Positions 39,831-52,660 of a DNA stretch of 64,000 nucleotides are shown here, in pieces; positions within the stretch are counted from its first letter, which is position 1, and each line of letters opens with the position of its first letter. The stretch lies in assembly GCA_964016885.1 (NCBI GenBank), contig OZ024743.1, forward strand, positions 370,822,001 through 370,886,000, read 5' to 3'. The notes below the pieces were generated by a model. The model had not been told where the DNA came from. It did no database searches and saw only the letters and a program-made list of their open reading frames with translations. This DNA is from Eledone cirrhosa (lineage: Eukaryota). The translations under genes were made by a program, and so were the position numbers.

Positions 39831-39873
39831 ACGCTGTACTAGTTTCAAGCTTATTAGCTATCGTCAGCAACGT
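39831..39873 (-). ncRNA. Minimal type I hammerhead ribozyme motif (copy 1, sense to the MTMR pre-mRNA)
   Basis: acgttg-CTGACGA-tagctaataagctt-GAAA-CTAG-TA^cagcgt on the minus strand. Confidence 0.75.
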
Positions 39874-39915
39874 ACACCTTCCTGCCAGATGGTTGGACGT
39901 CTTGCAGGAAGGTAT

Positions 39916-39958
39916 ACGTTGCTGACGATAGCTAATAAGCTTGAAACTAGTACAGCGT
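39916..39958 (+). ncRNA. Minimal type I hammerhead ribozyme motif (copy 2)
   Basis: Stem I acgttg/cagcgt; core CUGACGA and GAAA; stem II agct/agct; palindromic stem III ACUAGU; predicted cleavage GUA^ after 39952. Confidence 0.78.
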
Positions 39959-40348
39959 TCCTTTGTCAGTGTTGAACAAATGAGCAACGATGGTTGCTAG
40001 ACACTGTACGGCTTAATTCGGGATGTTTGTTTACAAACACACCGAGCATTATAATAAATGTTCGGTGAATCCATACGTACATATATATATATGTGTGAAT
40101 GTATGTATATATATATATACATACTACTGTACGTCTGTATACATATATGTATGTACGTATACATACTTATATTTAAGTAACAGCCGTACTAAGAGTGAGA
40201 AATGACATTTCGTTTAATTTTTTCCTTTTATCGTTTTCGGTACCCCGGCCGATTAACTCACTCGATATGCAAATTAGGCTGCTCAGCCGTTAATATGTAT
40301 AAGGAAAGTATATACTTTCAGACGTTCAACCATCTGGCAGGAAAGTAT

Positions 40349-40391
40349 ACGTTGCTGACGATAGCTAATAAGCTTGAAACTAGTACAGCGT
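40349..40391 (+). ncRNA. Minimal type I hammerhead ribozyme motif (copy 3)
   Basis: Identical 43-nt motif. Confidence 0.78.
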
Positions 40392-40683
40392 TCCTTTGTC
40401 AGTGTTGAACAAATGAGCAACGATGGTTGCTAGACACTGTACGGCTTAATTTGGGATGTTTGTTTACAAACACACCGAGCATTATAATAAATGTTCGGTG
40501 AATCCATACGTACATATATATATGTGTGCATGTATGTATATATATATATACACATACTACTGTACGTCTGTATACATATATGTATGTACATATACATACT
40601 TATATTTATATATATATATATATATATACATACAATCGTCGTCATTTAACGTCCATCTTCCACGCTAGCATGGGTTATATATA

Positions 40684-41153
40684 CTACCAGAAAAACCACC
40701 CTTCGGGTGGTTTTCTGCTAGCATGTTGATATTATACGCAAATATACATGGATGTAGATATGATACATCAAATAAAATCGTAATTGACATTATCCCCAGA
40801 AATTGAATGAAGTCTGCGTTAGACTCTCTTATGTAATCAGTAAAGTAATCCATGATACATTAAAAAAAGATGATATTATATATAAACTGCATTAGGAAAA
40901 AAATTAGTGACGGAAATATATGAATGTTTATTTAAGCGATCGCTAACCGGAAGTGTTGACATTTAAAAATTTTAAAGAAGTGAATCTTTAAATAAGCAAT
41001 AAAATATATTTAATCAAGAGTTACAAAATTTAGTAGATAAATTATGTAATATATCATTCATTATTTATTCAAAGTAATCCAACTTATTTTACAAACGGGA
41101 TAAAAAAATATATTCTGGACGCAATCCCACACTCTTTCTTTATTATAGTTAGA
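40684..41153 (-). mobile_element. Non-autonomous Helitron
   Basis: Minus-strand 5' end TCTAACTATAATAAAG; 3' hairpin agaaaaccaccc-GAA-gggtggtttttct followed by GTAG|T (a variant of CTAG). Confidence 0.65.
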
Positions 41154-42174
41154 CTAGCAGAATGGCCCAGCATTGCTCGGATGTAAACATAGATTGGCAT
41201 GTTTATCCCTCCGTTCTGAAACAGTACAGAGAAGTACGGAATACCTCGGGATGGTGTCTACATTTTGTGCTTATGAAAAAAATTTGTCGTAGATTACAAG
41301 GGTTTTTTTTCCATGCGAAGAAAATCAATACTATATCGCGAAAAAAATACTTTTGTTTATATTTTGTTATTGTGTATGCAAAAATATCTGTACACGAATA
41401 TATAATTATATATATATAGTATAAAAAAACGAAAAATCAGTGATGCATCTGGACTCAGTTTATTGCGTGTTACAATTGTTTTGCCGGCAGGTAGCTCGAG
41501 TGATAAAATTTGCTCCGAACGAAGTGCCTGTGTCCGAAGGAACCTGCAGCCGTAGAATCAGCCAGATCCATACAGTGATCATGTCTCGAGCTACCTGCCG
41601 GCGAAACAATTGTAACATGCAATAAACTGAGTCCAGATGCATCACTGATTTTTCGTTTTTTTATACTATTCACACTCTGCTCTGTATGAATATTGAGTGC
41701 TAATTTTGGCATACCGCCTACGGAAGCACCATAGCTACCATTATACACACGTATATATATATTAAAATAACAGATTAAAGTTTAAGCAAAGAATCGCTGC
41801 TTTCACCCTTAACGGGATCTTCTGAAACGGAAGTAAATATTTCGAAAAACGTTACACACACTATATATATATACACACATATAGCGCCATAATGTCGTAA
41901 TGCAGACAGCCAGACATAGAGACAGATATTATAAGGGTGCAACGTTATATTTATGTATCTATCTAAAAAGAAAGACTAAGAATTATAGAGAGAGATCGCT
42001 AAATCGCCTAATGCGGTCCCTGAGGGCATTGAAAATTTGAAATATTTTTTGCTCAAAACACTCACAGGACCATAAGTATCATATGTTTAAAGTTTAAAAA
42101 CAATCGGTTGGGTGGTTCTCGAGTTTTAGGGAGTCAGACAGACAGACAGACATTCTCTGTCTTAGATATATAGA
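41154..42174 (-). mobile_element. Non-autonomous Helitron (Lep1/HINE-like architecture) with an internal 85-bp inverted repeat
   Basis: A|TCTATATATCT 5' end followed by (TGTC)n; 3' ccgagcaatgctggg hairpin plus CTAG|T; no TSD. Confidence 0.8.
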
Positions 42175-42895
42175 TATATATATAGTTTATGTGATTTAGT
42201 GAATTACTGGTGGTGGTACCAAAATGAGCACTCGGTGCACATGCAGAGTGTATATATTAAGAAAATGATGATATTTTGTTTACATTTAATTTTTTTTTTA
42301 TTGTATATCAACCTGTTATGTGGGTTTGGGAGAGGATTGGCTCAAGGTCACCCAGAGAAGTTATGAACCTGACACCATTATCAATCTGCTTTTCAGATTG
42401 GTGATTCAGCAAAAAAATATGTTGAATCACCAGTCTGAAGAACAGATTGATAATGGAGTTGGGTGTATAACTTCTATGGGTGACCCTGTGAAACACGTGT
42501 AACATATCGATACACAATAACAAACTAAATACATGTAAATAAAACTTCATCGTTTTTCTTAATAAATATAGAAAGTTCCCTCTCCAAGGCACCAGTCTGG
42601 GCAAGGTTGTTTATGGAAGACCAGCAGTCATTTAGGCATACCAGTCTCCCCTCGCCATCAATGTCAACAATATATATTCTCTTATCACTGCTACCTGCTG
42701 AAACTGCTGAGAATACATAGTATTCTGAAAGGTATACATCAACTGATTAATCTAATTTGCATACCAAGCGATTTTACAGCCGCCTTTACCAAAGATTAAG
42801 GACAAAATTTGTTTTCACTGGAATAAAAGGATGACATCAGTTATCTAGAAAACACACATGCTGTTATGAGGCTGTTTGCTTGCAAACGAGCTGAA

Positions 42896-43945
42896 TCATC
42901 ATCGTTTAACATCCACTTTCCACGCTCGCATGGGTAGGATGGGCTGTCCCTTTGGGAGAGATCAGGTTGGAAGACCATGTTTTGTTCACATAGGGCTGAT
43001 TTTGGCTTGGTTTCTACAGCTGGATGCCCTTCCTAACACCAACAACATTCATAGTGTGTGCTGGGTGCTTTTTGTCATGACACCTATACGACCACTTTAC
43101 AGTGTGGACCGGGCACTTTTTGTCATGTCGCCGACACAACCACTTTACAGTGTGGACTGGGCACTTTTTTCATGACACATAGCTGACCATTATATAGTGT
43201 AGGCTGGGCACTTTTGTCGTGGCTCCAGAGGGACCACTTCATGGTGTGTGATGGGAACTTGGAAGGGTGGGGGAAAAAGCTTAGGGAAATTGAGGGCATA
43301 GGTAACAGGGAAGGGGTGGTTACAGTAAAGGGAGGTGTATGGGAAGGGAGTTGGTAGAGGATGGTGTTGCTTATTAAATATATTCCTCAAGCATATGGGA
43401 GGATGTGCCTTCTGTAGTACTGCATAGCACCAGAGGTCTTGGTCCTGTGTCTTTGCTTTGGTGAGGTGTAATTGTGTAAGGTCAGCTTTTATTACCTCAT
43501 CCCAAGTGTTTCTAGGCCTGCCCACTCCATGGCTACCATCAACTTGGAGCGCTCTGCACCTTATTATACAGCTGTCATCCTTCACATGCATCACATGTCC
43601 ATACTAACACAATCTCCTCTCCTGCACACATCTGATTCCTCTTATGCCTAATTGCTCACACAGTTCATTTATGCTTTGCCATTCATGTATTGCACATGGA
43701 GGCTTTCTATCTTCACAGGTCCTCAGCACACAGTGCCCGGGTTTCGCCGCTGTGCAACATTGTTGTTCGTATACATGCATTATTCATCTGCCTTTCATTT
43801 TGAGGTGAAAACCTTTTGTAGTTAGCAGCAGTAATAGCTCCCTGAACTTTCTCCAAACCAATCTCACTCTGGTTTCTGTGCTTTCAGAACACCTTCCTTG
43901 ACTACTGATTTGGTTATCCAGGTAAAAGAAACTATCTACCACTTC
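42896..43945 (-). mobile_element. 5'-truncated RTE LINE
   Basis: 3' UTR with tandem units; GVGRPRNTWDEVI. Confidence 0.85.
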
Positions 43946-44013
43946 TATCACTATCATTATTATAATATTATATTAGGTATCCACCGTGTTAGAGAAAAAC
44001 AAATTTTGTTTTA

Positions 44014-47000
44014 TCATCATCATCATCATCGTTTAACATCTATCTTCCATGCTAGCATGGGTTTAGATGGGAATTGTCCCACTTGAGGCAAGATTGGTCA
44101 TCTCGTTCGTATGGGACTGTCTGGCAAGTTTTCTACGGCTGGATGCCCTTCCTAACACCCACCATGTTTACAGTGTGGACTGGGAGGTTTTTACCGTGTT
44201 ACCTACATGGCCACATTACACGATATTGTGTGTTTTTTTTTCTTGTCGTGACACCTACACGACCTCATTTATTTAGAACTGGATGTTGTGGTACCAACAT
44301 AAGTTTAAAGAGAAAGGGGTGGTGTTGATGGGGGTGGGGGAGTTGGGGGTAGTGGGAGAGGTGTATATTTGATTAAGAGGTGCCTACTGATTGTAGGTTT
44401 CGCTTTGTACTTAGGCAAGGTAGGTTTTCTGTATTAATGCGTGGCGCCAAAAATCTTGGTCCAGTGACATTGTCTTAGAGAGGTGTAAGTGTGTAAGGTC
44501 GGAATTTATCAAATCATCCCAGGTTTTTCTGGCTTTGCCTACTCCGTAACTTCCGTCAATTTTGATCGCCCTGCACTTTTTTATACAGCTGTCGTCTTTC
44601 ATGCACATCACGTGACCATACCAACGTAGTCTTCTCTCGAGTAAACAGCATCTGATCCCTCTTATACCTAATTTCTCAGTTCATTTATGCTTTGCTGTTC
44701 ATGTGTATCACTATTACACATCCAGCAGAGCATGCATACTTCGTTCCTCTGCAGTCTGCGGAGATCCTCTGCACACAATGTCCATGTCTCGCTGCCATGT
44801 AACATAGCTGTTCGTATGCAAGCCTTTCATTTTTAGAGAGAAATCTTTAGCGGCCAATAGTGGTATAAGCTCTCTGAACTTTTTCCATCCCATTCTAACT
44901 CTGGCTACTGTACTTTCTGAGCACCCTCCACCACTGCTGATTTTGTCACCCAGGTAACGGAAGGTGTCCACTATTTCTATAGAGCCATCGGGGCAATAGA
45001 AGGAGCTAGTATCCTGTGGGCGCTTGCTACTTATTGCACCTGAGCACCAGCCACATATAAAATCTATGTTCTTAGATAGCTGACCTGTGATCCCACTACA
45101 TCTTTTATGCACCCATACTTTGCATTTGGGACATAAAATGGAATTTCTGCCTACACACTGAGCATGGCCATTTCCCAGAGGGGAACCGTGCCCTATTTTC
45201 CTCCCATCATACTAGAACTTTAGTCTTAGACAAGTTAACTTTAAGGCCTTTTGATTCTAGGCCATGCTTCCATGTTTGGAATTTCTTCTCTAGTTCAGCC
45301 ATCGATTCAGCTAGGAGCGTTAGATCGTCTGCATAGAGAAGCTCCCATGAGCAGCCGGTCTTGAACTCCTCTGTTATGGCCTGAAGGGCAATAATAAATA
45401 GGAAGGGGCTAAGGACACAGCCCTGATGGACCACAACTTTTACGCTAAATTCTTCACTATATTCGTTGTTAATTCTAACCTTGCTGACTGTTTCTTTATA
45501 CATGCCTTGTCTCGCTCTCACAAGCCATTCATCTACACCTAGTTTTCTAAGAGCCCACCAGATAATGCAGCAGGGGAATCTGTCAAAGGCTTTCTCCAAG
45601 TCAACAAAAGCTAAGTAGAGGGGTTTACTTTTAGCTAGGTACTTCTCCTGTAGTTGTCGTACAAGGAAAAGGGCGTCTGTGGTACTTTTATCTGACACAA
45701 ACCCAAACTGCATTTCGTCTAGATCAATTTGCTCACTGATTAGTTGCGCAATAACTTTTTCTATGACCTTCATGACCTGGTCAATTAATTTAATGCCTCT
45801 ATAGTTTCCTCTATCTAGTGCATCTCCTTTACCCTTGTAGCAGTTAATGATGATGCTGCTACGCCAGTTTTTTGGTATGACCCCGTTCTGTATGACTTGG
45901 TTTACTATCCGTGTGACCATAGTGTGTCCCACCGTTCCAGATGCTTTCAGCATTTCAACAACTATTTCCGAAGGCCCAGCTGCCTTGCCTGTCTTCATAT
46001 CTTTGATTGCCTTACTTATTATACTACCTTCAACTTGCACTGCTGGTCCCCCTATTGGATCAATGTGGGGCAGACTATCTTTGTCCCATTTTTTTCTCCT
46101 TATTTAGTAGCCCCTTGTAGTGACACTTCCAAGCGACCTTCTTATCAGCGTCAGTGATGGCAAGTACACCATCATTATTACGGACACACTTCTCCCCGAC
46201 AATATCATGGTTTTCCTTGACACATTGTCTAGCAATCCTGAACACCTCAGGTTTTTGGTCCTCGCATTACTTGAACTTTCTTTCCTCTGCTGCCCTTCTT
46301 GCAAAGTACACTTATCTCCTAGCTTCCCTCCTGGCCACTTGATAGTCTTCTCTACTTCCCCCATCCCGCCATACTTTCCAAGCCAGCTTTTTGGCCTTGA
46401 TTGACTCTTCCACCTTACTGTTCCACCACCAAGTTACTCTCCTCCTGCCTATAGGTCTGCTCCAGTCACAGATTTCATCTGTCTCCTTCAGCAGGTTAAC
46501 TTTCAGGAATTCCCACTGTTCCTCTATATTGTAAAACTCTAATTGCTCTTCCTTACTGTCAAAAGCATCAAGTAATATGCTTTTAAATTTGTCACTGACT
46601 GTGGGGTTCTTTAACTTCCATATTCTTCTCCTTAGGGTAATCCTCCTCTGTTGTTGAGTACGTCTCGTCCTGACTATGAGGTCACTGACTATGAGGCTAT
46701 GTTAGGAGGTGTATTCTTCATGGGGGAGGGATTTAGTGTTTACAACAGACACTCTATCACGTCTTCTGGTAAGGATATAATCTATCTGACTGGTGTGTTC
46801 CCCTGATCTATAGGTGATCAAGTGATTGTCTCGTTTTTTTAAGTTTGTGTTACAGATAGTTAGGTTATTTGCATCACAGAATTTCAGGATTCTGGAGCCT
46901 TCCTCATTTCTAGTACCAAACCCATAGCCTCCATGGATTCCGTCATAGCCGTCACAATGTTGTCCAATATGACCATTTAGATCGCCAGCAATAATTATGT

Positions 47001-48364
47001 AGTCACTGTAGGTTATGTAGGTTATTTGGGAGGTAGTGAGCATTAACGACTCATAGAATCTGTCTTTTATAACGCCAGGCAGTCCGGATTGGGGTGCATA
47101 TGCAGATATTATTGTCACAGTAGTTCTATTTAGGACAAGTCTTATTTTAATTATTCTGTCATTCACTCCATTTACGTCTATTATCCTATCTACCCATTTT
47201 TCTGCTAGCATGATTCCTACTCCACCCAGCCCATTGTCATTTCCCACCCAGAAAAGTTTATAGCATCGTTTTTTACCCACAATGAATCTAGCAGACCCAC
47301 CCCTCCACCTGGTCTCTTGAATACAGCAAATATCAACTTCCTTACGTTCAAGCATCTCTACAACCTCGTTAGAGCGACCTTTTAAGGTGCCTACATTCAT
47401 GGTACCAACTCTGAAGTTTTGGATTGCGTTTGGTGGGTGGAAAGGATGAGGCGCAGGGAGGGGTGTGGGAGATGGGGTTATGTTAGCCATCCGCGGCCGA
47501 AATAAAGAAGAGTCCTTGCATTCTCGTCCGGCAACATGAGGTGAATTTATCTTTATCTTTGGCATTGTCATTGAGTGTCCAGATTTTTCAGACTCTCCAG
47601 AATTCCATAGTCCATCTAGCATATCGAAAAGCAACCAGGTCTAAAGAGTGATAGCCGAGGCGGTGGTTTTGTGAAAGAAATTGGTAGGAGAAACATATTA
47701 TAAGCCGCTGAATTATGATTAGACCAAATAATAATGGTGGCGAGTAGGGGCGGGGGGAGTTAGCGAGAAGGTTATTTTATAGTATAATCCTAGAAATTCT
47801 GCCATAATTAAACGAGCATATAACAGTAATAAGAGTTTAAATACAAGTAGAAGATTGTTTTCGAAGGTCTGACAGAATTATGAGATTTTAAAATACAAGA
47901 AGATTGTTTTGAACAATCAGACAGAATTATCGAATAACGTTGAAAAGAAAAGATTAGATTCTAAGTTAAGCAGACAATATAATACTGATAGGTGAATGGA
48001 CTAGGAACATGGAGAGACAAGAAAAATAGGATGAATACATTACATTTCACAAAAGCGAGCGAGCGGGCGATTCAGCCAAGAATAAGGGATCGACAAATTC
48101 TGAGATTCGTAGCTCACAACAAGGTTATTTTATATTTGGAGAGAGGGGGAGGGGGTGAGGGAGAACCTGCAGGCGTATATACGATATATGGGGGGAGGGG
48201 GTAGAGAAGAGAAGGGAGTAGGAAGAAGTTTCGAGAAGGTTATTTTATAATATAATCCTAGAAATTCTGCCATAATTAAACGACCATATAAAGGTAATAA
48301 GAGTTTAAATACAAGTAGAAGATTGTTTTCGAGGGTCTGACAGAATTATGGGATTTTAAAATAC
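44014..48364 (-). mobile_element. Near full-length RTE LINE (single EN-RT ORF, several disablements) with a repeated 5' region
   Basis: APE (GTMNVGTL, CIQETRW, SAYAPQ, GDLNGH), RT (YADD), PHD-like finger and (GAT)n tail. 47764-47896 is repeated at 48232-48364. Confidence 0.9.
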
Positions 48365-48411
<47 letters not shown>

Positions 48412-48414
<3 letters not shown>

Positions 48415-48856
48415 ACTATAAATGAGAATGTATGTGTGTATATGTGTATCTGTGTATATGTCTATGGCTCTCAAAGGCTTCAAAATGGTGCATCCTAGAG
48501 AAAAACGGTTTTCATTTTCAAAATCTGTGTCCCAATGAGAAGGTTTTAGGGTTGTTAGTCATCAAAAAATGTAATTGTTACGAGATATAAATCAACTTCA
48601 AAATCGCCAATATAGAATATCATTATAATCAACAATTGTCAGATTACCTCTCTCTATATATTAATCTGTCTCTCTGTATTTTATGCTTTTCCTCTTTGTA
48701 TGTATCTTTACCACATTCTCGCACTCTCTTTCTATATCTTCTATGGTTGTGGTGGTAGTGGCAGTAGTAGTAGCGGTGGTGAGGGTAGTAGTAGTGGTAA
48801 TGGTGGTGATAATGGTGGTGGTGGTAGTAGTTGTGGTGGCAGTAGTAGTAGTAGGC

Positions 48857-48889
<33 letters not shown>

Positions 48890-49607
48890 GCTACCACCAT
48901 TACTATTACTACTATCACCACCATTACTATTACTACTATCACCACCACTACCAATACTATCACCACAACTACTACCACCACCACCATTACCACCACTACT
49001 ACCCCCACCAAACTCTCCCAGTCATTCCAAAAAGCAATAGGATTGATCAAATCCAAGCCTGTTATAAGAAAATCAACACTTTGGACTTCTATCAAAGTTT
49101 TGAAGCTCACTACAAACTTGAGTACATATTTTGGTAGACAAACAATCAGAGTAGTTCACCCAGAATCTATTAATGCTTGGGGACGGAAGACTTCCTGTAG
49201 ATAGAAAGGGAGCTATCGATAGGCACGATGGTGGAATCATTATATTCCATCTCATAGAAAAAGTGTTTCTTAATCTTCAATATCAGTTCACAATCACAGT
49301 TCGTTCCAAGAATTCTTCTGATGTCCCATTTCAATTCAAACGACTTCAATTTCCAGTCAGTATTAGTTTTGCCATGACTTTATGTTGGGTGTTCAAGAGT
49401 AGGAAGTCAGATAAATCTTTATATCTATGCACCAGATGGAAAAACAACAAACATTGTTTATACAAACATTATAAATTGACCCAATTAACAATGAAATCCA
49501 TCCTCATCCTTCGCAGAGAGACATGGTCTGACATGGAATAAAAAAAAAATTGAAATAAAAGCATGCTATTGTGATTATTGCCCAACAACGACAGGCTACT
49601 CAGCTAA
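48412..49607 (+). mobile_element. Degenerate non-autonomous Helitron containing inverted (TRG)n/(CYA)n tracts
   Basis: tactataaatgagaatgtatgtgtg start; ends cccaacaacgacaggc..cagctaat (degenerate hairpin plus CTAR). Confidence 0.5.
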
Positions 49608-49660
49608 TATATATATATAAATACATATATACATACACATACATATGCATACATATACAT

Positions 49661-49760
49661 ATATGAAAAGAATCAGGATTCCAATGGCTGAACTCCAACT
49701 GTTTCGACAGCCGTCGAAACGGCCGGAGCTCAGCCATCGGGATCCTGATTCTTTTCATAT
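49661..49760. repeat. 100-bp palindrome (48-bp arms, 4-nt loop)
   Basis: atatgaaaagaatcagga...gtttcgac-agcc-gtcgaaac...tcctgattcttttcatat. Confidence 0.92.
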
Positions 49761-50103
49761 TACCCACTCTACTACTTTTCATATTACCCACTCTACTACT
49801 TTTCATATTACCCACTCTACTACTTTTCATATTACCCACTCTACTACTTTTCATATTACCCACTCTACTACTTTTCATATTACCCACTCTACTACTTTTC
49901 ATATTACCCACTCTACTACTTTTCATATTACCCACTCTACTACTTTTCATATTACCCACTCTACTACTTTTCATATTACCCACTCTACTACTTTTCATAT
50001 TACCCACTCTACTACTTTTCATATTACCCACTCTACTACTTTTCATATTACCCACTCTACTACTTTTCATATTACCCACTCTACTACTTTTCATATTACA
50101 CAC
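49751..50103. repeat. 24-bp minisatellite, 14 perfect units plus one partial
   Basis: Unit cttttcatattacccactctacta. Confidence 0.97.
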
Positions 50104-50119
50104 TTTATTATAGTCCACC

Positions 50120-50796
50120 TGGTATCTTACCACCCAAACGACCACTTTACAGTGTGGGCTGAGCACTTTCTGTCATGGCACCAAATTGACCACTTTACAA
50201 TGTGAGCTGTTGTGACACCTACACGACTAATTTACAGTGTGGACTTTACAGTGTGCATTTGTTGTGACCACTTTAGTGTGGACTGAGCACTTTTTGTCAT
50301 GGTACCAAAACAACTAGATTACAGAGTAGACTGGGTGACTTATCTGGTAAAGTGTGGGCTATTAGGGCATATGTAGAGTGTTAGGACGTGGTTGGAGTGT
50401 TAAGACGTTGTTGGTAGGTGAAATATAAGGATATGGGGGGAGGGAAGGTGGTACATACTAGATGTATGCTTCAACCTGTGCCCATTGGAAGGTGGGTCTT
50501 CTGTATTACTGCATAACACTAGAGATCTTAATCCTGTGTCATTACTTTTGAGAGGTGCAATTGTACAAGGTCAGCTTTTATCACCACATGCCGAATCTTC
50601 CTAGGTCACCCTACTCTGTAGCTTCCATCAACTTTGAGCACCCTGCACATGTGTGTGCAGCTGCCATCCTTTGTACGAATCACATGTCCATACCAATTCA
50701 ATCTTCTCTCCTGTATACTGCATCTGGTCCTTCTTATGCCCAGTTTCTCTCTTAGTTCATTTACGCTTTGCCGTTTATGTATATCACTATTACATG
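50120..50796 (-). mobile_element. RTE 3' fragment
   Basis: gaccactttacagtgtgg 3' UTR units and a degenerate ORF C-terminus. Confidence 0.75.
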
Positions 50797-50802
50797 CCTA
50801 TA

Positions 50803-51680
<878 letters not shown>

Positions 51681-51709
51681 CTATAGATATGGCTGCTAGA
51701 ATTCTGTAA

Positions 51710-52660
51710 TGCAAATCAAGTAACCATTTGTAACACTAACTTCAGGAAACTGGCAAGCCACATGATTACCTATCAATCAGGCAAATACGCAAGTCAGATT
51801 GACTTCTTACTTGTTAGAAAATGACCATGTTAAGTCCTTCTCTATAAATGTGACTGTTAAGTCATTCTCTAGAGAAGAATGCACTACCCAACATAAGTTA
51901 GTGAGTTGTGATATCAGAATATGCACAAAACAGAACAAAAAACACAGGAAAATCTAAAGGAAGAGAGTATGGAATCAAAAAGATCTTACTGTTAAATATA
52001 AATTAAGAAAAGTTCTACATGATGCATATAACAAGAGGAAGGAAGAGTTAGACACATATGATATAGGGGACAACTGGAAGTTTCCATGTGACAAAGTACT
52101 AAAAGCTACTGATGAGACCCATGGCTGGAGCAAAGCATCAGCTAGATGGAAGATGACCTCGTGGTGAAACAGTCCCATGGATAGAGATGGTAAAACGAAA
52201 AGAAAGGAGTGGAAAAATGTAGCAGCAACACCAAGCCTGGAAATGCTACTACGAGAAGCTGATAAATGTAGAGAATGAATGGGAAGAAGAAAGACTTCTC
52301 CCAGTTGACCCATCAAAGGGACCAGCTATCAAAATTAACAGTTATAGGGTCAAAGAAGCAATCAAGGAGATGAAAAATGGTAAAGCTGCTAGACCCTCAG
52401 AGATAGTAACTGAGATGATGAAATCTGAGGAAATAGGAGCTGAACTAGTCACCTACAAAGTCTATCAGGTAATACATAATGGGTCATACTCAATAACTAG
52501 CACAATAGTTTAAATATTAACTGCTACAAGGAAAAAGGTGATGCTCTAAAAAGGAACAACTACAGAGGCATAAAATTAATGAACCATGTTATGAAAGGAT
52601 AGAAAGAGTTCTAGCACAACTAATTAAGGAAAGAGTCAAATTAGATGAGATGCAGTTCAG
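51710..52660 (+). mobile_element. Older RTE fragment (EN C-terminus to RT start)
   Basis: ITYQSG...SQIDF, NCYKEKGDAL..NYRGIKL and LDEMQF. Confidence 0.75.

Larger units (their letters stand above)
39574..40610. mobile_element. Penelope-like terminal-repeat unit in three copies (one minus, two plus) forming a ~640-bp palindrome
   Basis: Arms 39574-39889 and 39900-40215; third copy 40321-40610. Each copy contains a hammerhead motif. Confidence 0.8.

Noticed and set aside
40690-40716. Bacterial rho-independent terminator (hairpin plus T run)
   Set aside because: The context is eukaryotic, and it is better explained as a Helitron 3' hairpin.
47478-47572. HDV-like ribozyme near the RTE ORF start (minus strand ...cacctcatgttgccgg...ggctaac)
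   Set aside because: I could not build consistent P2/P3 pairing by eye; a descriptor search would be needed.
48661-49204. Poly-V/T/Y/H ORFs (similar ones at 9707-10178, 22566-23126 and 53239-53797)
   Set aside because: Trinucleotide low-complexity tracts, or antisense frames of TE ORFs.
49600-50205. ORFs with (GNMKSSRV)n or (FHITHSTT)n
   Set aside because: They are translations of a 24-bp minisatellite, with no splice or homology support.
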